Below are positions 1-9,539 of a stretch of DNA of 64,000 nucleotides, one piece after another. Both the position numbers and the translations under genes were made by a program. The notes under the pieces are model-generated. The model was not told the origin of the DNA and made no database searches. It worked only from the letters and a program-made list of their open reading frames with translations. This DNA comes from an uncultured Clostridia bacterium (GTDB lineage Bacteria > Bacillota > Clostridia > Christensenellales > CAG-917), in contig CALVTS010000004.1 in NCBI GenBank assembly GCA_944363035.1, positions 601 to 64,600 of the forward strand, in the 5' to 3' direction. How positions within the stretch are numbered: position 1 is the first letter of the stretch; every line of letters starts with the position of its first letter.

Positions 1-249
1 GGGGAGGCAGGCGACGGCAAGCATGAGCAACGCGCGCCCGTTGCCTTTGCGGAAGAGAGCGAGGATGGAGCGGCGCATGACGACGAGCACCGAAAGCAGG
101 GTCCCGAGGTGGAGGCAGATGTTGAAAAAGAGATCTTCCTCCCCCACGCCGAGTTTTTCCAAAAGGAGGAGATGTCCCGAGGAGGAGACGGGCAAAAATT
201 CTCCCGCTCCCTGCACCAGCCCGAGAAACACAGCTTCGAGGACGTCCAT
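1..249 (-). CDS. uppP: Undecaprenyl-diphosphatase UppP/BacA, N-terminal 83 codons (gene continues past window start)
   Basis: Not in ORF track (open at edge). Minus-strand ATG at 249-247 preceded by GGAGG. Translation MDVLEAVFLGLVQGAGEFLPVSSSGHLLLLEKLGV carries the UppP EFLPxSSSGH signature. Confidence 0.8.
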   Translation of the reverse strand, partial: MDVLEAVFLGLVQGAGEFLPVSSSGHLLLLEKLGVGEEDLFFNICLHLGTLLSVLVVMRRSILALFRKGNGRALLMLAVACLP

Positions 250-406
250 CCCTCCTCCCTTGCCGCCGACGGGAAAATGCCCGCGTTTTCTTTACTAATC
301 GGCGGCGTTGATTTATAATTATTCTACTATATTACTTATCGGCGGAAAACAGAACCCGCGGGAGGACCGGGACGGAGAGTCTCTTCTCCTTCGGGGCAGG
401 AGGAAT

Positions 407-1489
407 ATGAAATTAGGAGTCGTGGGACTTCCCAACGTCGGCAAGAGCACCCTCTTCAACGCCATCACCAAGGCGGGGGCGGCGGCGGCGAACTACGCCT
501 TTTGCACCATAGAGCCCAACGTGGGCGTGGTGGCGGTGCCGGATGAGAGGCTGGACAAGCTCGCCGCGCTTTACGACAGCAAAAAGATCACTCCCACCAC
601 GCTGGAATTCGTGGACATCGCGGGGCTCGTCAAGGGCGCGTCGAAGGGGGAGGGACTTGGCAACAAGTTTCTTTCGCACATCCGCGAGGTGGACGCCGTC
701 GTGCACGTAGTCAGGTGTTTCGACGACGAAAACATCATCCACGTGGACGGCAGCGTGGATCCCCTCCGCGACATGGAGACGATAAATCTCGAACTGATAT
801 TCGCGGATCTTGAGACGTTGGAGCGCCGCATCGCCAAGGCGCAGTCCATGCTGAAAGCGGACAAAAAGTATGCCGAGGACGCGGACAGGCTGGACAGGAT
901 GAAAGCGTGGCTGGAAAGCGGGAAACCCCTGCGTTCCATGCCAATGGACGAGGAGTTCAGGGCTTTTTCGGAGGAACAGTTCCTGCTCACGAGCAAGCCG
1001 GTCATATATGTCGCCAACGTGGACGAGAGCGGCATCGCGGGCAACGCCTACACCGAGAAGGTCCGCGAAGCGGCGGCGGCAGAGGGTGCGGAGTGCATAG
1101 TGCTCTGCGCAAAGCTGGAGGAGGATCTCAGCGAGCTCGACGACGAGGAGCGCGCCATGTTCATGTCAGAATACGGGCTCGAAGAGAGCGGGCTGGACAA
1201 GCTGGTCAAGGCGTCATATAAGCTCCTCGGGCTCATCAGCTACCTCACCGCGGGCGAGAAGGAGACGAGGGCGTGGACCATCGTCAAAGGCACCAAAGCC
1301 CCGCAGGCGGCGGGCAAGATACACAGCGATTTCGAAAAGGGGTTCATCCGCGCCGAGATCGTGGATTACGAGACTTTGCTGGAATGCGGTTCCTTTGCGG
1401 CGGCGAAGGAAAAGGGCAAGGTGAGGAGCGAGGGCAAGGATTACGTCATGCGCGAAAACGACGTGGTGCTCTTCCGCTTCAATGTCTGA
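407..1489 (+). CDS. ychF: Ribosome-binding ATPase YchF (OLA1 family GTPase)
   Basis: ORF 308..1489. Internal ATG at 407 follows AGGAGG and gives MKLGVVGLPNVGKSTLFN (G1 P-loop). C-terminal TGS-like end DVVLFRFNV. Confidence 0.92.
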   Translation: MKLGVVGLPNVGKSTLFNAITKAGAAAANYAFCTIEPNVGVVAVPDERLDKLAALYDSKKITPTTLEFVDIAGLVKGASKGEGLGNKFLSHIREVDAVVHVVRCFDDENIIHVDGSVDPLRDMETINLELIFADLETLERRIAKAQSMLKADKKYAEDADRLDRMKAWLESGKPLRSMPMDEEFRAFSEEQFLLTSKPVIYVANVDESGIAGNAYTEKVREAAAAEGAECIVLCAKLEEDLSELDDEERAMFMSEYGLEESGLDKLVKASYKLLGLISYLTAGEKETRAWTIVKGTKAPQAAGKIHSDFEKGFIRAEIVDYETLLECGSFAAAKEKGKVRSEGKDYVMRENDVVLFRFNV

Positions 1490-1497
1490 GAGGGTAT

Positions 1498-3195
1498 ATG
1501 TTTGAAAAAGAGATAGCGAAAAGCATAGCCGCGGCAAGCGGCGGCGCGCTCGCCGAGGCTGAGGTCGAAGCGGCGCTGGAAACTCCCAAGGAGAGCAGGC
1601 TCGGAGACCTCGCTCTGCCTTGTTTCAAATTCGCAAAAACTTTGCGCAAAGCGCCTCCGCTCATCGCGAAGGAGCTGGCGGAGTCCCTCCTCCCACCCGA
1701 CATCGTGGGACGCACCGAGGTCGCGGGAGGATATCTCAACTTCTTCTTTTCGGCCGATGCGCTCTGCGGCAGGCTCGCGTCCGCGGCGGACAGGGACTGG
1801 ACGGTGACCGCGGGAGAGCGGGAGGGAGAGGGCAAGACGGTGCTTTTGGATTTCAGCTCCGTCAACATCGCGAAACCCTTCCACATCGGGCACCTTTCCA
1901 CCACGGTGATAGGCGCGGCTCTTTACCGCATTTTCGCATTTCTCGGCTACACTCCCGTGGGGATAAACCACCTCGGGGACTGGGGGACGCAGTTCGGCAA
2001 GCTCATCGTGGCGGTGAAGAAGTGGTCGGACATCGACGAGGTGAGGGCGAAGGACGAATATTTCCTGAACTCCCTCTATGTGCGTTACCACAAAGAGGCG
2101 GAGTCCGACCCATCCATGGACGAGGAAGCGAGGGCGTGGTTCAAGCGCATCGAGGACGGCGACAGGGAAGCCACGGCGTATTTCGACGTCTTCAAAGAGG
2201 TCACCATGCGCGCGGTGGGGAAGATATACGACCGCCTCGGAGTCAAGTTCGACAGCTACGCGGGCGAGAGCTTCTACAACGACAAGATGCAACCCTGCCT
2301 GGACATCCTGAAAGAGAAGGGATTGCTCACCCTCTCCGAGGGCGCGGAGGTGGTCAGGCTGGACGAGTGGGATATGCCTCCCTGCCTTCTCGTGAAGGCG
2401 GACGGCGCGACTCTTTACGCGACGCGCGACATCGCGGCGGCGTATTACCGTGCAAAGACATACGATTTCTACAAATGCCTTTATGTCGTGGCGTATCAGC
2501 AGAATCTGCACTTCAAGCAACTGTTTAAGGTGCTTGAACTGATGGGTTTTGAAAAAGCGGCGGATATGGAACACGTCGCGTTCGGCATGGTGTCGTTGGA
2601 GGACGGCTCCATGAGCACCCGCAGCGGGAGGGTGGTATGGCTCTCCGAGGTACTGGACAAGGCGGTGGAAAAGGCGAGGAAGATCATCGAGGAAAAGAAT
2701 CCCGAGGAGGCGGACAAGGACGCCGTGGCGGAGAGCGTGGGCGTGGGCGCTGTGGTCTTTTCGGCGCTGTGGAACAACCGCATCAAGGACATAGTTTTCT
2801 CCTTTGACAAGGTGCTCAATTTCGACGGAGAGACCGCGCCCTACGTGCAGTACACTCACGCGAGGTGCGCCAGCGCGCTGAGGAAAGGGGGAGACTTCGA
2901 CCTCGCGGCGGCGGATATGAGAGCGATCTCCTCCGAGGAGGGGCTGGACGTGGTGAAGTGCCTTTTGGGGTTCGAGGACGCGGTGAGGCTCGCGGCGAAG
3001 ACCCGCGAACCCTGCTATGTGACCCGTTACGCCGTGGAACTTGCCGAAAAGTTCAACCGATTCTATATCGGGCACAGGATAATCGGCGAGGACAGGGGCG
3101 CGACCAACGCCAGGCTCTTCCTCGCGTATATGACCAAGAGTACTCTCGCCGCCGCGCTCGGGCTCATCGGCATTTCCGCTCCCGAGAGTATGTGA
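1498..3195 (+). CDS. argS: Arginine--tRNA ligase
   Basis: Frame of ORF 1273..3195. ATG at 1498 gives MFEKEIAK. Class I HIGH region KPFHIGHLST, with the ArgRS-type layout and a C-terminal anticodon-binding domain. Confidence 0.9.
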   Translation: MFEKEIAKSIAAASGGALAEAEVEAALETPKESRLGDLALPCFKFAKTLRKAPPLIAKELAESLLPPDIVGRTEVAGGYLNFFFSADALCGRLASAADRDWTVTAGEREGEGKTVLLDFSSVNIAKPFHIGHLSTTVIGAALYRIFAFLGYTPVGINHLGDWGTQFGKLIVAVKKWSDIDEVRAKDEYFLNSLYVRYHKEAESDPSMDEEARAWFKRIEDGDREATAYFDVFKEVTMRAVGKIYDRLGVKFDSYAGESFYNDKMQPCLDILKEKGLLTLSEGAEVVRLDEWDMPPCLLVKADGATLYATRDIAAAYYRAKTYDFYKCLYVVAYQQNLHFKQLFKVLELMGFEKAADMEHVAFGMVSLEDGSMSTRSGRVVWLSEVLDKAVEKARKIIEEKNPEEADKDAVAESVGVGAVVFSALWNNRIKDIVFSFDKVLNFDGETAPYVQYTHARCASALRKGGDFDLAAADMRAISSEEGLDVVKCLLGFEDAVRLAAKTREPCYVTRYAVELAEKFNRFYIGHRIIGEDRGATNARLFLAYMTKSTLAAALGLIGISAPESM

Positions 3196-3232
3196 GGGGA
3201 GCCGCGTGAGAGGGCAAACAGAGCTCAAACAG

Positions 3233-3261
3233 TTGACATAAGTTTCTCTTTTATATATAAT
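3233..3261 (+). promoter_or_regulatory. Consensus sigma-A-type promoter for the rpmH operon
   Basis: TTGACA (3233-3238), 17-nt spacer, TATAAT (3256-3261), ~118 nt upstream of rpmH. Confidence 0.7.
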
Positions 3262-3379
3262 GACTCAGCGTATCTTCGCTCGCACACGGGCGTCATGCGC
3301 ATATCGGAGAAATAATGGCTTTGGATCCGCGTCGGCGGACGGGCCGCAATAAAAAGGGGCGGCAGCCCACGGAGGCAAT

Positions 3380-3514
3380 ATGAAACAGACTTATCAACCC
3401 AAGAAGAGACAGAGAAGCAAAGTGCACGGTTTTCGTGAGAGGATGAAGTCCACCAGCGGCAGAAAGGTGCTCAAACGTCGCCGCGCAAGAGGCAGAAAGA
3501 ACCTCACCGCGTAA
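3380..3514 (+). CDS. rpmH: 50S ribosomal protein L34
   Basis: 44-codon ORF below the track cutoff: [52 protein letters not shown]. Directly abuts rnpA. Confidence 0.95.
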   Translation: MKQTYQPKKRQRSKVHGFRERMKSTSGRKVLKRRRARGRKNLTA

Positions 3515-3856
3515 ATGAAACGCGAGTTCCGCCTGAAAAAGCGGGCGGCGTTCACCTATGTCTACAAGAGGGGGGAACGCGTCCGCACCCGTCACCTGAC
3601 GTTGCTTTTCGCAAGATCGGGAGAGGGGTTGAAGATAGGGCTCTCGGTCTCGCGCAAGGTGGGCGGGGCGGTCACGCGCAATCACGTGAAGAGGCTGTTG
3701 CGCGAGGCGCTCACCCCCATCCTGCCCGTCATCGATCCCTCTTTTTTGTACGTGATAGTCGTGCAACCTTCCGCGGCGGAGCTCGATCTTCAAGCCGTCC
3801 GCGCCGAGACGACAAAGCTCTTTTCGAGGGCGGACAAGCTTTCGGAGGGCAAATGA
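3515..3856 (+). CDS. rnpA: Ribonuclease P protein component
   Basis: 113 aa basic protein, MKREFRLKKRAAFTYVYKRG...; conserved position after rpmH. Confidence 0.9.
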   Translation: MKREFRLKKRAAFTYVYKRGERVRTRHLTLLFARSGEGLKIGLSVSRKVGGAVTRNHVKRLLREALTPILPVIDPSFLYVIVVQPSAAELDLQAVRAETTKLFSRADKLSEGK

Positions 3857-4095
3857 AGAGGGCGGTACAGGCGCTGATATTGCTGTATAAACGCACGCTT
3901 TCGCCGTTTATCGGGCGGCATTGTGCGTACACTCCCACCTGTTCCATGTATGCGTACGACGCGGTGGAACGCTACGGCGCGGTGGCAGGCGGGATAATGG
4001 GACTGTTGAGGGTGCTGAGGTGCAACCCGTTTTGCAAAGGCGGCTTCGACCCCGTGCCCGAAAATTACAGAGGTAGGATCAAATGGCTCGTGTAG
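3853..4095 (+). CDS. yidD: Membrane protein insertion efficiency factor YidD
   Basis: LILLYKRTLSPFIGRHCAYTPTCSMYAYDAVERYG motif. Overlaps the rnpA stop. Ends in TAG. Confidence 0.9.
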   Translation: MKRAVQALILLYKRTLSPFIGRHCAYTPTCSMYAYDAVERYGAVAGGIMGLLRVLRCNPFCKGGFDPVPENYRGRIKWLV

Positions 4096-5276
4096 ATTAC
4101 AGACGCCGCAAGATGTTCAGAATATACGCAGTGGCATTGTTGCTGATACTGAGCGTTTTCATCCTTTCGGCGTGCAATGCGGACAGCGGCTCCTTCGACG
4201 CGTCGGGGGGCTCGGTGTCGCAACCTTCCCATTTCATTGCCAAGCTCATGCTGGGACTTGACGAGGACATAGCCGTATTCGGCTGGTCCGTCGTCGCGTT
4301 CACCGTCATCCTGAAGCTGGTGCTGTCCCCCCTCGACATCTGGCAGAAGGTGGTCTCCCGCCGCAACGCCAAGGCGATGGAGAGGATGCGCCCCCAGCTC
4401 GAGGCGCTTGCCGAGAAGTGCGGCGACGACAAACAGCGCTATCAGCAGGAGCAGATGGCTCTTTACAAGAAAGAGAAGTACTCCATGCTCGGGATGTGCC
4501 TGCCCTCCATCATCACGCTGGTGGTGTTCTTCGTGGTGTTCACGGGATTCCGCGAGATGGTGGGCTATCAGTTCGCGCAGGACTACGTGGACAGCTATAC
4601 CACCTTTGACAATGTGATGACCGAGGAGCTCGGCGAGGACTACGAGTCCATGGACAAGACGGGCGAGAATGCGGAAAAATACAACGCCGCCGTGGACAAA
4701 GCTCAGACCGCGGTCTATGAAAGATATTTCTCGGAGGAGCGCACCGACAGGCGCGGGTTCCTCTGGATACACAACATCTTCGTGTCCGACAACTGGCAGG
4801 ACGGCGTGCCCGATTATCTCGTCGCCACGGGACAGGAGGGCTTCGGTATGTCCAAGATCACCGGCGTCATGAAGGACGAATACGAGCTGGTCATGGGCAA
4901 GGTCATTGGCGCCGACAGAGCGGGCTGGGGCAAGGGCGACGCGAGCTGGAACGGCTGGATGTTGCTTCCCGCGCTGTCCATCGCGCTCACATTCGTCTCT
5001 CAGAAGCTGCTTTCCAAGTCTCAGGGAGCGCCTCCTCCCACCGCCGACGGCAAGAAGGGTGCGGACGGTATGCAGGGCTCCATGAAGATGATGCAATATT
5101 TCATGCCGATAATGATAGGCGTGTTCTCTCTGTTCTATTCCGCCGCATTCGCGTTGTACACTTTCACCAGCTCTCTGGTGTCCATAGTCTTCCAGTTCGC
5201 GTTCACTGTCGTGGGCAAGATACTGGACAAGCGCGCGGAGAAGAAGACGGGAGGTCTCACGCCCGCAAGAAGATAA
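4083..5276 (+). CDS. yidC: Membrane protein insertase YidC/SpoIIIJ family (lipoprotein-type signal, LSAC lipobox)
   Basis: Position after yidD. N-terminal signal with lipobox, multi-TM 60-kDa-insertase-like C-terminal half. True start may be the MFRIYAV methionine at 4113. Confidence 0.85.
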   Translation: MARVDYRRRKMFRIYAVALLLILSVFILSACNADSGSFDASGGSVSQPSHFIAKLMLGLDEDIAVFGWSVVAFTVILKLVLSPLDIWQKVVSRRNAKAMERMRPQLEALAEKCGDDKQRYQQEQMALYKKEKYSMLGMCLPSIITLVVFFVVFTGFREMVGYQFAQDYVDSYTTFDNVMTEELGEDYESMDKTGENAEKYNAAVDKAQTAVYERYFSEERTDRRGFLWIHNIFVSDNWQDGVPDYLVATGQEGFGMSKITGVMKDEYELVMGKVIGADRAGWGKGDASWNGWMLLPALSIALTFVSQKLLSKSQGAPPPTADGKKGADGMQGSMKMMQYFMPIMIGVFSLFYSAAFALYTFTSSLVSIVFQFAFTVVGKILDKRAEKKTGGLTPARR

Positions 5277-5289
5277 GATAGGAGAAAAA

Positions 5290-6159
5290 ATGGAAAGATC
5301 TGTTGTGGTCAAGGCGAGCAATGTGGAGCTCGCCGTGGAAAAGGCTCTGGCGGAACTCGAAGTCACTCGGGACAGAGTCAGAGTGGAGGTCCTGCAAAAG
5401 GGAGGGCTCTTCCAGAGGGCGGAAGTCAGGGTCACCGTCGAGGAGACTGCGGCGACGCTTGCCGAGGATTTCGTGAACGGCATACTTTCCGCGATGGGGC
5501 TCAAAGCCCGCGCGGCGGCGAGCGAACGCGACGGCGAGATAGTCGTGGACATCACGGGCGAGGACGGCGGCGCGGCGATAGGATACCGCGGCGAAGTGCT
5601 GGACTCCATACAATTCCTTGCGCGCACCTACGTCAATCAGGAAAAGAACGGTTCGGCGAAGATAGTCGTGGACTGCGAGAATTACCGCGCCAAACGCCGC
5701 GAGACTCTCGTCGCGCTTGCGGGCAGGCTTGCCGAAAAGGCGTACCGCACCCGCAGAAAGGTGGTGCTCGAACCCATGAATCCCTTTGAACGCCGCATCA
5801 TCCACGGCGCGCTCATGGACAGCGAGACAGCCGAGACTCACTCCGAGGGAGAGGACGCCGCAAGACACGTCGTCATCGTCCCCAAGGGGGTGGAGCTCCG
5901 CGAGGACAGACCCCGTACGGGGCGCAGAGAGGGACGCCGCGACGGGCGCAGAGAGGGCGCGAGACGGGACGGCAGACGCGATGAAAGACGCGGCGCGCAC
6001 GAGGACAGGCGGGAACGCAGAAGACCCCGCACCGAAGAAGAGGAAGTCCCCGACGGCAGGGAGTACCGCGGCTATTATACCGACTCCTTCGTCAAGGCGG
6101 AGACGCCCAAGAGCGGTCCTCCCAAATTCAAGAGTTTCGGAGGCGGGAAGAAGCGCTGA
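5290..6159 (+). CDS. jag: Jag/KhpB RNA-binding protein (Jag_N, KH, R3H) with ~90-aa Arg/Glu/Asp-rich C-terminal extension
   Basis: Synteny after yidC. KH-like IGYRGEVLDSIQFL and R3H-like EPMNPFERRIIHGAL. Tail RTGRREGRRDGRREGARRDGRRDERRG... Confidence 0.85.
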   Translation: MERSVVVKASNVELAVEKALAELEVTRDRVRVEVLQKGGLFQRAEVRVTVEETAATLAEDFVNGILSAMGLKARAAASERDGEIVVDITGEDGGAAIGYRGEVLDSIQFLARTYVNQEKNGSAKIVVDCENYRAKRRETLVALAGRLAEKAYRTRRKVVLEPMNPFERRIIHGALMDSETAETHSEGEDAARHVVIVPKGVELREDRPRTGRREGRRDGRREGARRDGRRDERRGAHEDRRERRRPRTEEEEVPDGREYRGYYTDSFVKAETPKSGPPKFKSFGGGKKR

Positions 6160-6160
6160 T

Positions 6161-7477
6161 ATGCGTGCGATAACAGCCATTTCGACGCCCGTAGGGGCGG
6201 GTGGTATCGGGATACTGCGCGTGTCCGGCGAGGACGCGCTGAAAGTGTCCGATACCATTTTCATTTGCAAGGACGGAGAGCCTCTTTCAAAGAGGGCTCT
6301 CGTCATGCGTTTCGGGACGTTTGACGCAGGAGATTTCCGCGACAAGGGTTACGCGGTCTATTTCCCCGCCGCCAAGGCGTATACGGGGGAGGACACCGTG
6401 GAGTTTTATCTCCACGGCGGAGTGCGCATAATGCAGGGGGCGCTGGACGCCGCTTTGCGCGCGGGCGCGCGCCTTGCCGAAAGAGGGGAGTTCACCAAAA
6501 GAGCGTATCTCGCGGGCAGGCTCTCTCTCGCGGACGCCGAAGGCGTGGCGGACATGATATCCGCCGAAAGCGCCGCCGCTCTCCGCGCCGCATATAGGCT
6601 TATGGAGGGCAGGCTGAGCCGAGAGATAGACGCCCTCACCGATGAGCTGGGCGGCATCCTCACGGGGCTGGAAGCCTCTTTGGATTATCCCGACGAGATG
6701 GAGGACGAAGTCCTGCCTCCGCTCGCCGAGGAGCTCGGACGGGCGCTCTCGCGGGTGGACGCCCTGCTCGCCACGGCAAAGACGGGCAGGATGGCGAAAT
6801 ACGGCGTCACCGCCGTCCTCGCGGGCAGACCCAATGCGGGCAAGAGCTCTTTGATGAACGCTCTGCTCGGGGAGGAGCGCGCCATCGTCACGGACATCGC
6901 GGGCACCACCAGGGATACGCTGGAAGGCAGTTTCGAGTGCGACGGCGTGAGGATAAACCTCGTGGATACCGCAGGCATAAGAGAGAGCGAGGACAGGATA
7001 GAGAGCGAGGGAGTGCGGCGTGCGCTCCGCGCCGCAGAAGGCGCCGACGTGGTGTTGTATGTGGTGGACACCACCGCGCCCTGCGAGGAGGAGATACCCT
7101 CCTTCGGGGAGGCGCGGGTCTTCACGGTGCGCAACAAGTGCGACGTCACCTCCTTCAAATGTCCGCGGATGTACGGGTGCTTCGCCGTGAGCGCCTTGGA
7201 CGGCAGAGGGGTGGAAGAATTGCGCCACGCGATCGCCGCGCTCTATGCAGAGGGCAAGACCGCAGACGGAGAGATCATCACATCCGAAAGGCACAAAGGC
7301 GCACTTTATCGTGCGAAACGCGCGCTTGAAAGCGCGATATCGTCACTTGGCGGAACGGTAGACCTCACTCTCGTGGACCTCAGGGAAGCGTATGACGCCC
7401 TTGGGGAGATAACGGGGAAGACCGCCACCGAGGACGTGGTGGACGCCATATTTGCGAAGTTCTGCGTGGGCAAATGA
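6161..7477 (+). CDS. mnmE: tRNA modification GTPase MnmE
   Basis: ATG at 6161 within ORF 5786..7477 gives MRAITAISTPVGAGGIGILRVSG. G1 GRPNAGKSSLMNAL. C-terminal FCVGK. Confidence 0.93.
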   Translation: MRAITAISTPVGAGGIGILRVSGEDALKVSDTIFICKDGEPLSKRALVMRFGTFDAGDFRDKGYAVYFPAAKAYTGEDTVEFYLHGGVRIMQGALDAALRAGARLAERGEFTKRAYLAGRLSLADAEGVADMISAESAAALRAAYRLMEGRLSREIDALTDELGGILTGLEASLDYPDEMEDEVLPPLAEELGRALSRVDALLATAKTGRMAKYGVTAVLAGRPNAGKSSLMNALLGEERAIVTDIAGTTRDTLEGSFECDGVRINLVDTAGIRESEDRIESEGVRRALRAAEGADVVLYVVDTTAPCEEEIPSFGEARVFTVRNKCDVTSFKCPRMYGCFAVSALDGRGVEELRHAIAALYAEGKTADGEIITSERHKGALYRAKRALESAISSLGGTVDLTLVDLREAYDALGEITGKTATEDVVDAIFAKFCVGK

Positions 7478-7551
7478 TCTTTCCGTACGGCGAGATCGCA
7501 CCCCGCCCGAGCCGAGACGCGGGCTAGGATCAAAAGGAAGAAAAACGGACG

Positions 7552-9411
7552 ATGCAACGTGAAAAGTACGAGATCATAGTGGTGGGCGGCGGGCACGCCG
7601 GCGTGGAAGCCGCGCTCGCCTGCGCGAGGAAAGGACACGACACTCTCATGTTGTGCCTCGGGCTCGGCACCGTCTCTATGATGGCGTGCAATCCCGCGAT
7701 CGGGGGCACCGCAAAGGGACACCTCGTGCGGGAGATAGACGCGTTGGGCGGAGAGATGGCGCTTGCCGCCGACAAGGCGCTGGTGCAGATAAAGATGCTC
7801 AATTCCGCAAAAGGCCCCGCAGTTTTCTCCCTGCGCGGGCAGGAGGACAAGGCGGTCTATCAGAGGGTGATAGCCGACGCTCTGAGACGCACTCCTCGGC
7901 TCACGGTGCGAGTGGGCGAGGGCGTGGAGGTGCTCCTTTCGGGGGGCGCGGTGTGCGGAGTGAAACTTGCCGACGGGGAGGAGATATTCTCGGACAGCGT
8001 CATCCTTGCCACCGGGGTGTATCTCAACGGCAAGGTGATAATAGGGGAGTATTCCAAAAGCTCCGGTCCCTCCGGGCACCCCCCCGCGATCGGGCTCACG
8101 GACAGCCTTCTGAGGCTCGGGCTCCCCGTGAGGAGGTTCAAGACGGGCACGCCCGCGCGCATATACCGTGACTCCATAGACTTTGACGAGATGGAGATAC
8201 AGCTCGGCGAAAATACGGACAGGTTCTCCTTTATGTCCGAGGTCGGGAGCTTTCCGGAAGAGCCCTGCTGGCTCACTTACACCAACGAGCGCACGCACGC
8301 GATCATCATGGAGAACATCTCCCGTTCCCCTCTCTACAACGGGAGCATAAGCGGCATAGGTCCCCGCTACTGCCCCTCCATAGAGGACAAGATCATGCGG
8401 TTCAGGGACAAGGAGAGGCATCAGATATTCGTCGAACCCGAAGGGCTCGGGAGCGACGAGATGTACATCCAGGGCATGAGCAGTTCTCTGCCGCATGACG
8501 TGCAGGAGGCGATGTACCGCACCATCCCCGGGCTCACGCGGTGCAGATTCGCGAAATACGCCTACGCGATAGAGTACGACTGCGTTGACCCCACCTCCCT
8601 TTACCCCACGCTGGAAAGCAAACTCCTCCCCGGGCTGTACCTTGCGGGCCAGCTCAACGGGAGCAGCGGCTACGAGGAGGCGGCGGCGCAGGGGCTCATG
8701 GCGGGGCTCAACGCCTCTTTGCGGCTGGAAGGACGGGAAAAAATGGTGCTTGCCCGCGACGAGGCGTACATCGGCGTCCTCATCGACGACCTCGTCACCA
8801 AGGGTACGAACGAACCCTACCGCATGATGACCGCGAGGGCGGAACACCGCATAAAACTCCGTCAGGACAATGCGGATATGCGCCTCACCGCAAAGGGCTA
8901 TGCGGCGGGTCTCGCCACGGAGGAGAGGATGCGCCGCACAGAGGAAAAACGGGAGATGATAGAGCGCGTCATGACTTTTTCTTCCCGCGTGCTGCCGCGC
9001 GCCGAGGCGGAAGCCGTGCTCAAAAAGAGAGGAGAACCCGTGCCGCAGAAACCTCTCACCTTCGGAGAGCTCGCAAGACGGCCCGCCGTCACGGCGGAGG
9101 ACGTCGCGGGATTTCTGCCCTTCGAGTGTTCTCGCGAGGCGTTGTCCGCCGCAGTCGTGGAGCTCAAATACGAGGGCTATCTCAAAAAACAGGAACAGGC
9201 GGTCAAAGAACAGCGCCGCCTCGAAGAGAAGCTCCTGCCTCCCGACATCGACTATTTCTCGATCTCCGCGCTGAGGCTGGAAGCCAGGCAAAAGCTGGAC
9301 AGGATACGTCCCCTCAACCTCGGGCAGGCGAGCAGGATATCGGGGGTCTCGCCCGCAGACATCGCCGTGCTCATCGTCCTGCTCTCTCGGGGAACGGAGC
9401 GCGGCGAATAG
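7552..9411 (+). CDS. mnmG: tRNA uridine 5-carboxymethylaminomethyl modification enzyme MnmG (GidA)
   Basis: 619 aa. FAD motif IVVGGGHAGVEAA. Full-length GidA-like. Follows mnmE. Confidence 0.95.
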   Translation: MQREKYEIIVVGGGHAGVEAALACARKGHDTLMLCLGLGTVSMMACNPAIGGTAKGHLVREIDALGGEMALAADKALVQIKMLNSAKGPAVFSLRGQEDKAVYQRVIADALRRTPRLTVRVGEGVEVLLSGGAVCGVKLADGEEIFSDSVILATGVYLNGKVIIGEYSKSSGPSGHPPAIGLTDSLLRLGLPVRRFKTGTPARIYRDSIDFDEMEIQLGENTDRFSFMSEVGSFPEEPCWLTYTNERTHAIIMENISRSPLYNGSISGIGPRYCPSIEDKIMRFRDKERHQIFVEPEGLGSDEMYIQGMSSSLPHDVQEAMYRTIPGLTRCRFAKYAYAIEYDCVDPTSLYPTLESKLLPGLYLAGQLNGSSGYEEAAAQGLMAGLNASLRLEGREKMVLARDEAYIGVLIDDLVTKGTNEPYRMMTARAEHRIKLRQDNADMRLTAKGYAAGLATEERMRRTEEKREMIERVMTFSSRVLPRAEAEAVLKKRGEPVPQKPLTFGELARRPAVTAEDVAGFLPFECSREALSAAVVELKYEGYLKKQEQAVKEQRRLEEKLLPPDIDYFSISALRLEARQKLDRIRPLNLGQASRISGVSPADIAVLIVLLSRGTERGE

Positions 9412-9445
9412 GGGGTTCTCCGACACGCGTTGCGGAGCGAGCCTT

Positions 9446-9526
9446 ACCGTATAGGAAAGGCGAATGACACGGTTCGGGCAGGATTCTCTTGCGTCGGATC
9501 GGATTTGTATTATTCCGCTTCGGCAT
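9446..9526 (+). repeat. Partial (right-end) copy of the 281-bp element at 36722-37002
   Basis: Ungapped hand alignment to 36922-37002 gives 59/81 identical positions, including ACCGTAT, AAGGCG, ATGAC, CGGTTC and GTATTATTCC...GGCAT. Sits between the mnmG stop and the spoIIR stop. Confidence 0.6.
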
Positions 9527-9539
9527 TCGCACGCCTTTT

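Noticed and set aside
3262-3379. oriC/DnaA-box cluster in the rpmH leader
   Set aside because: No TTATCCACA/TGTGGATAA-like 9-mers were seen in either orientation. The region is just a ~118-nt leader after a consensus promoter.
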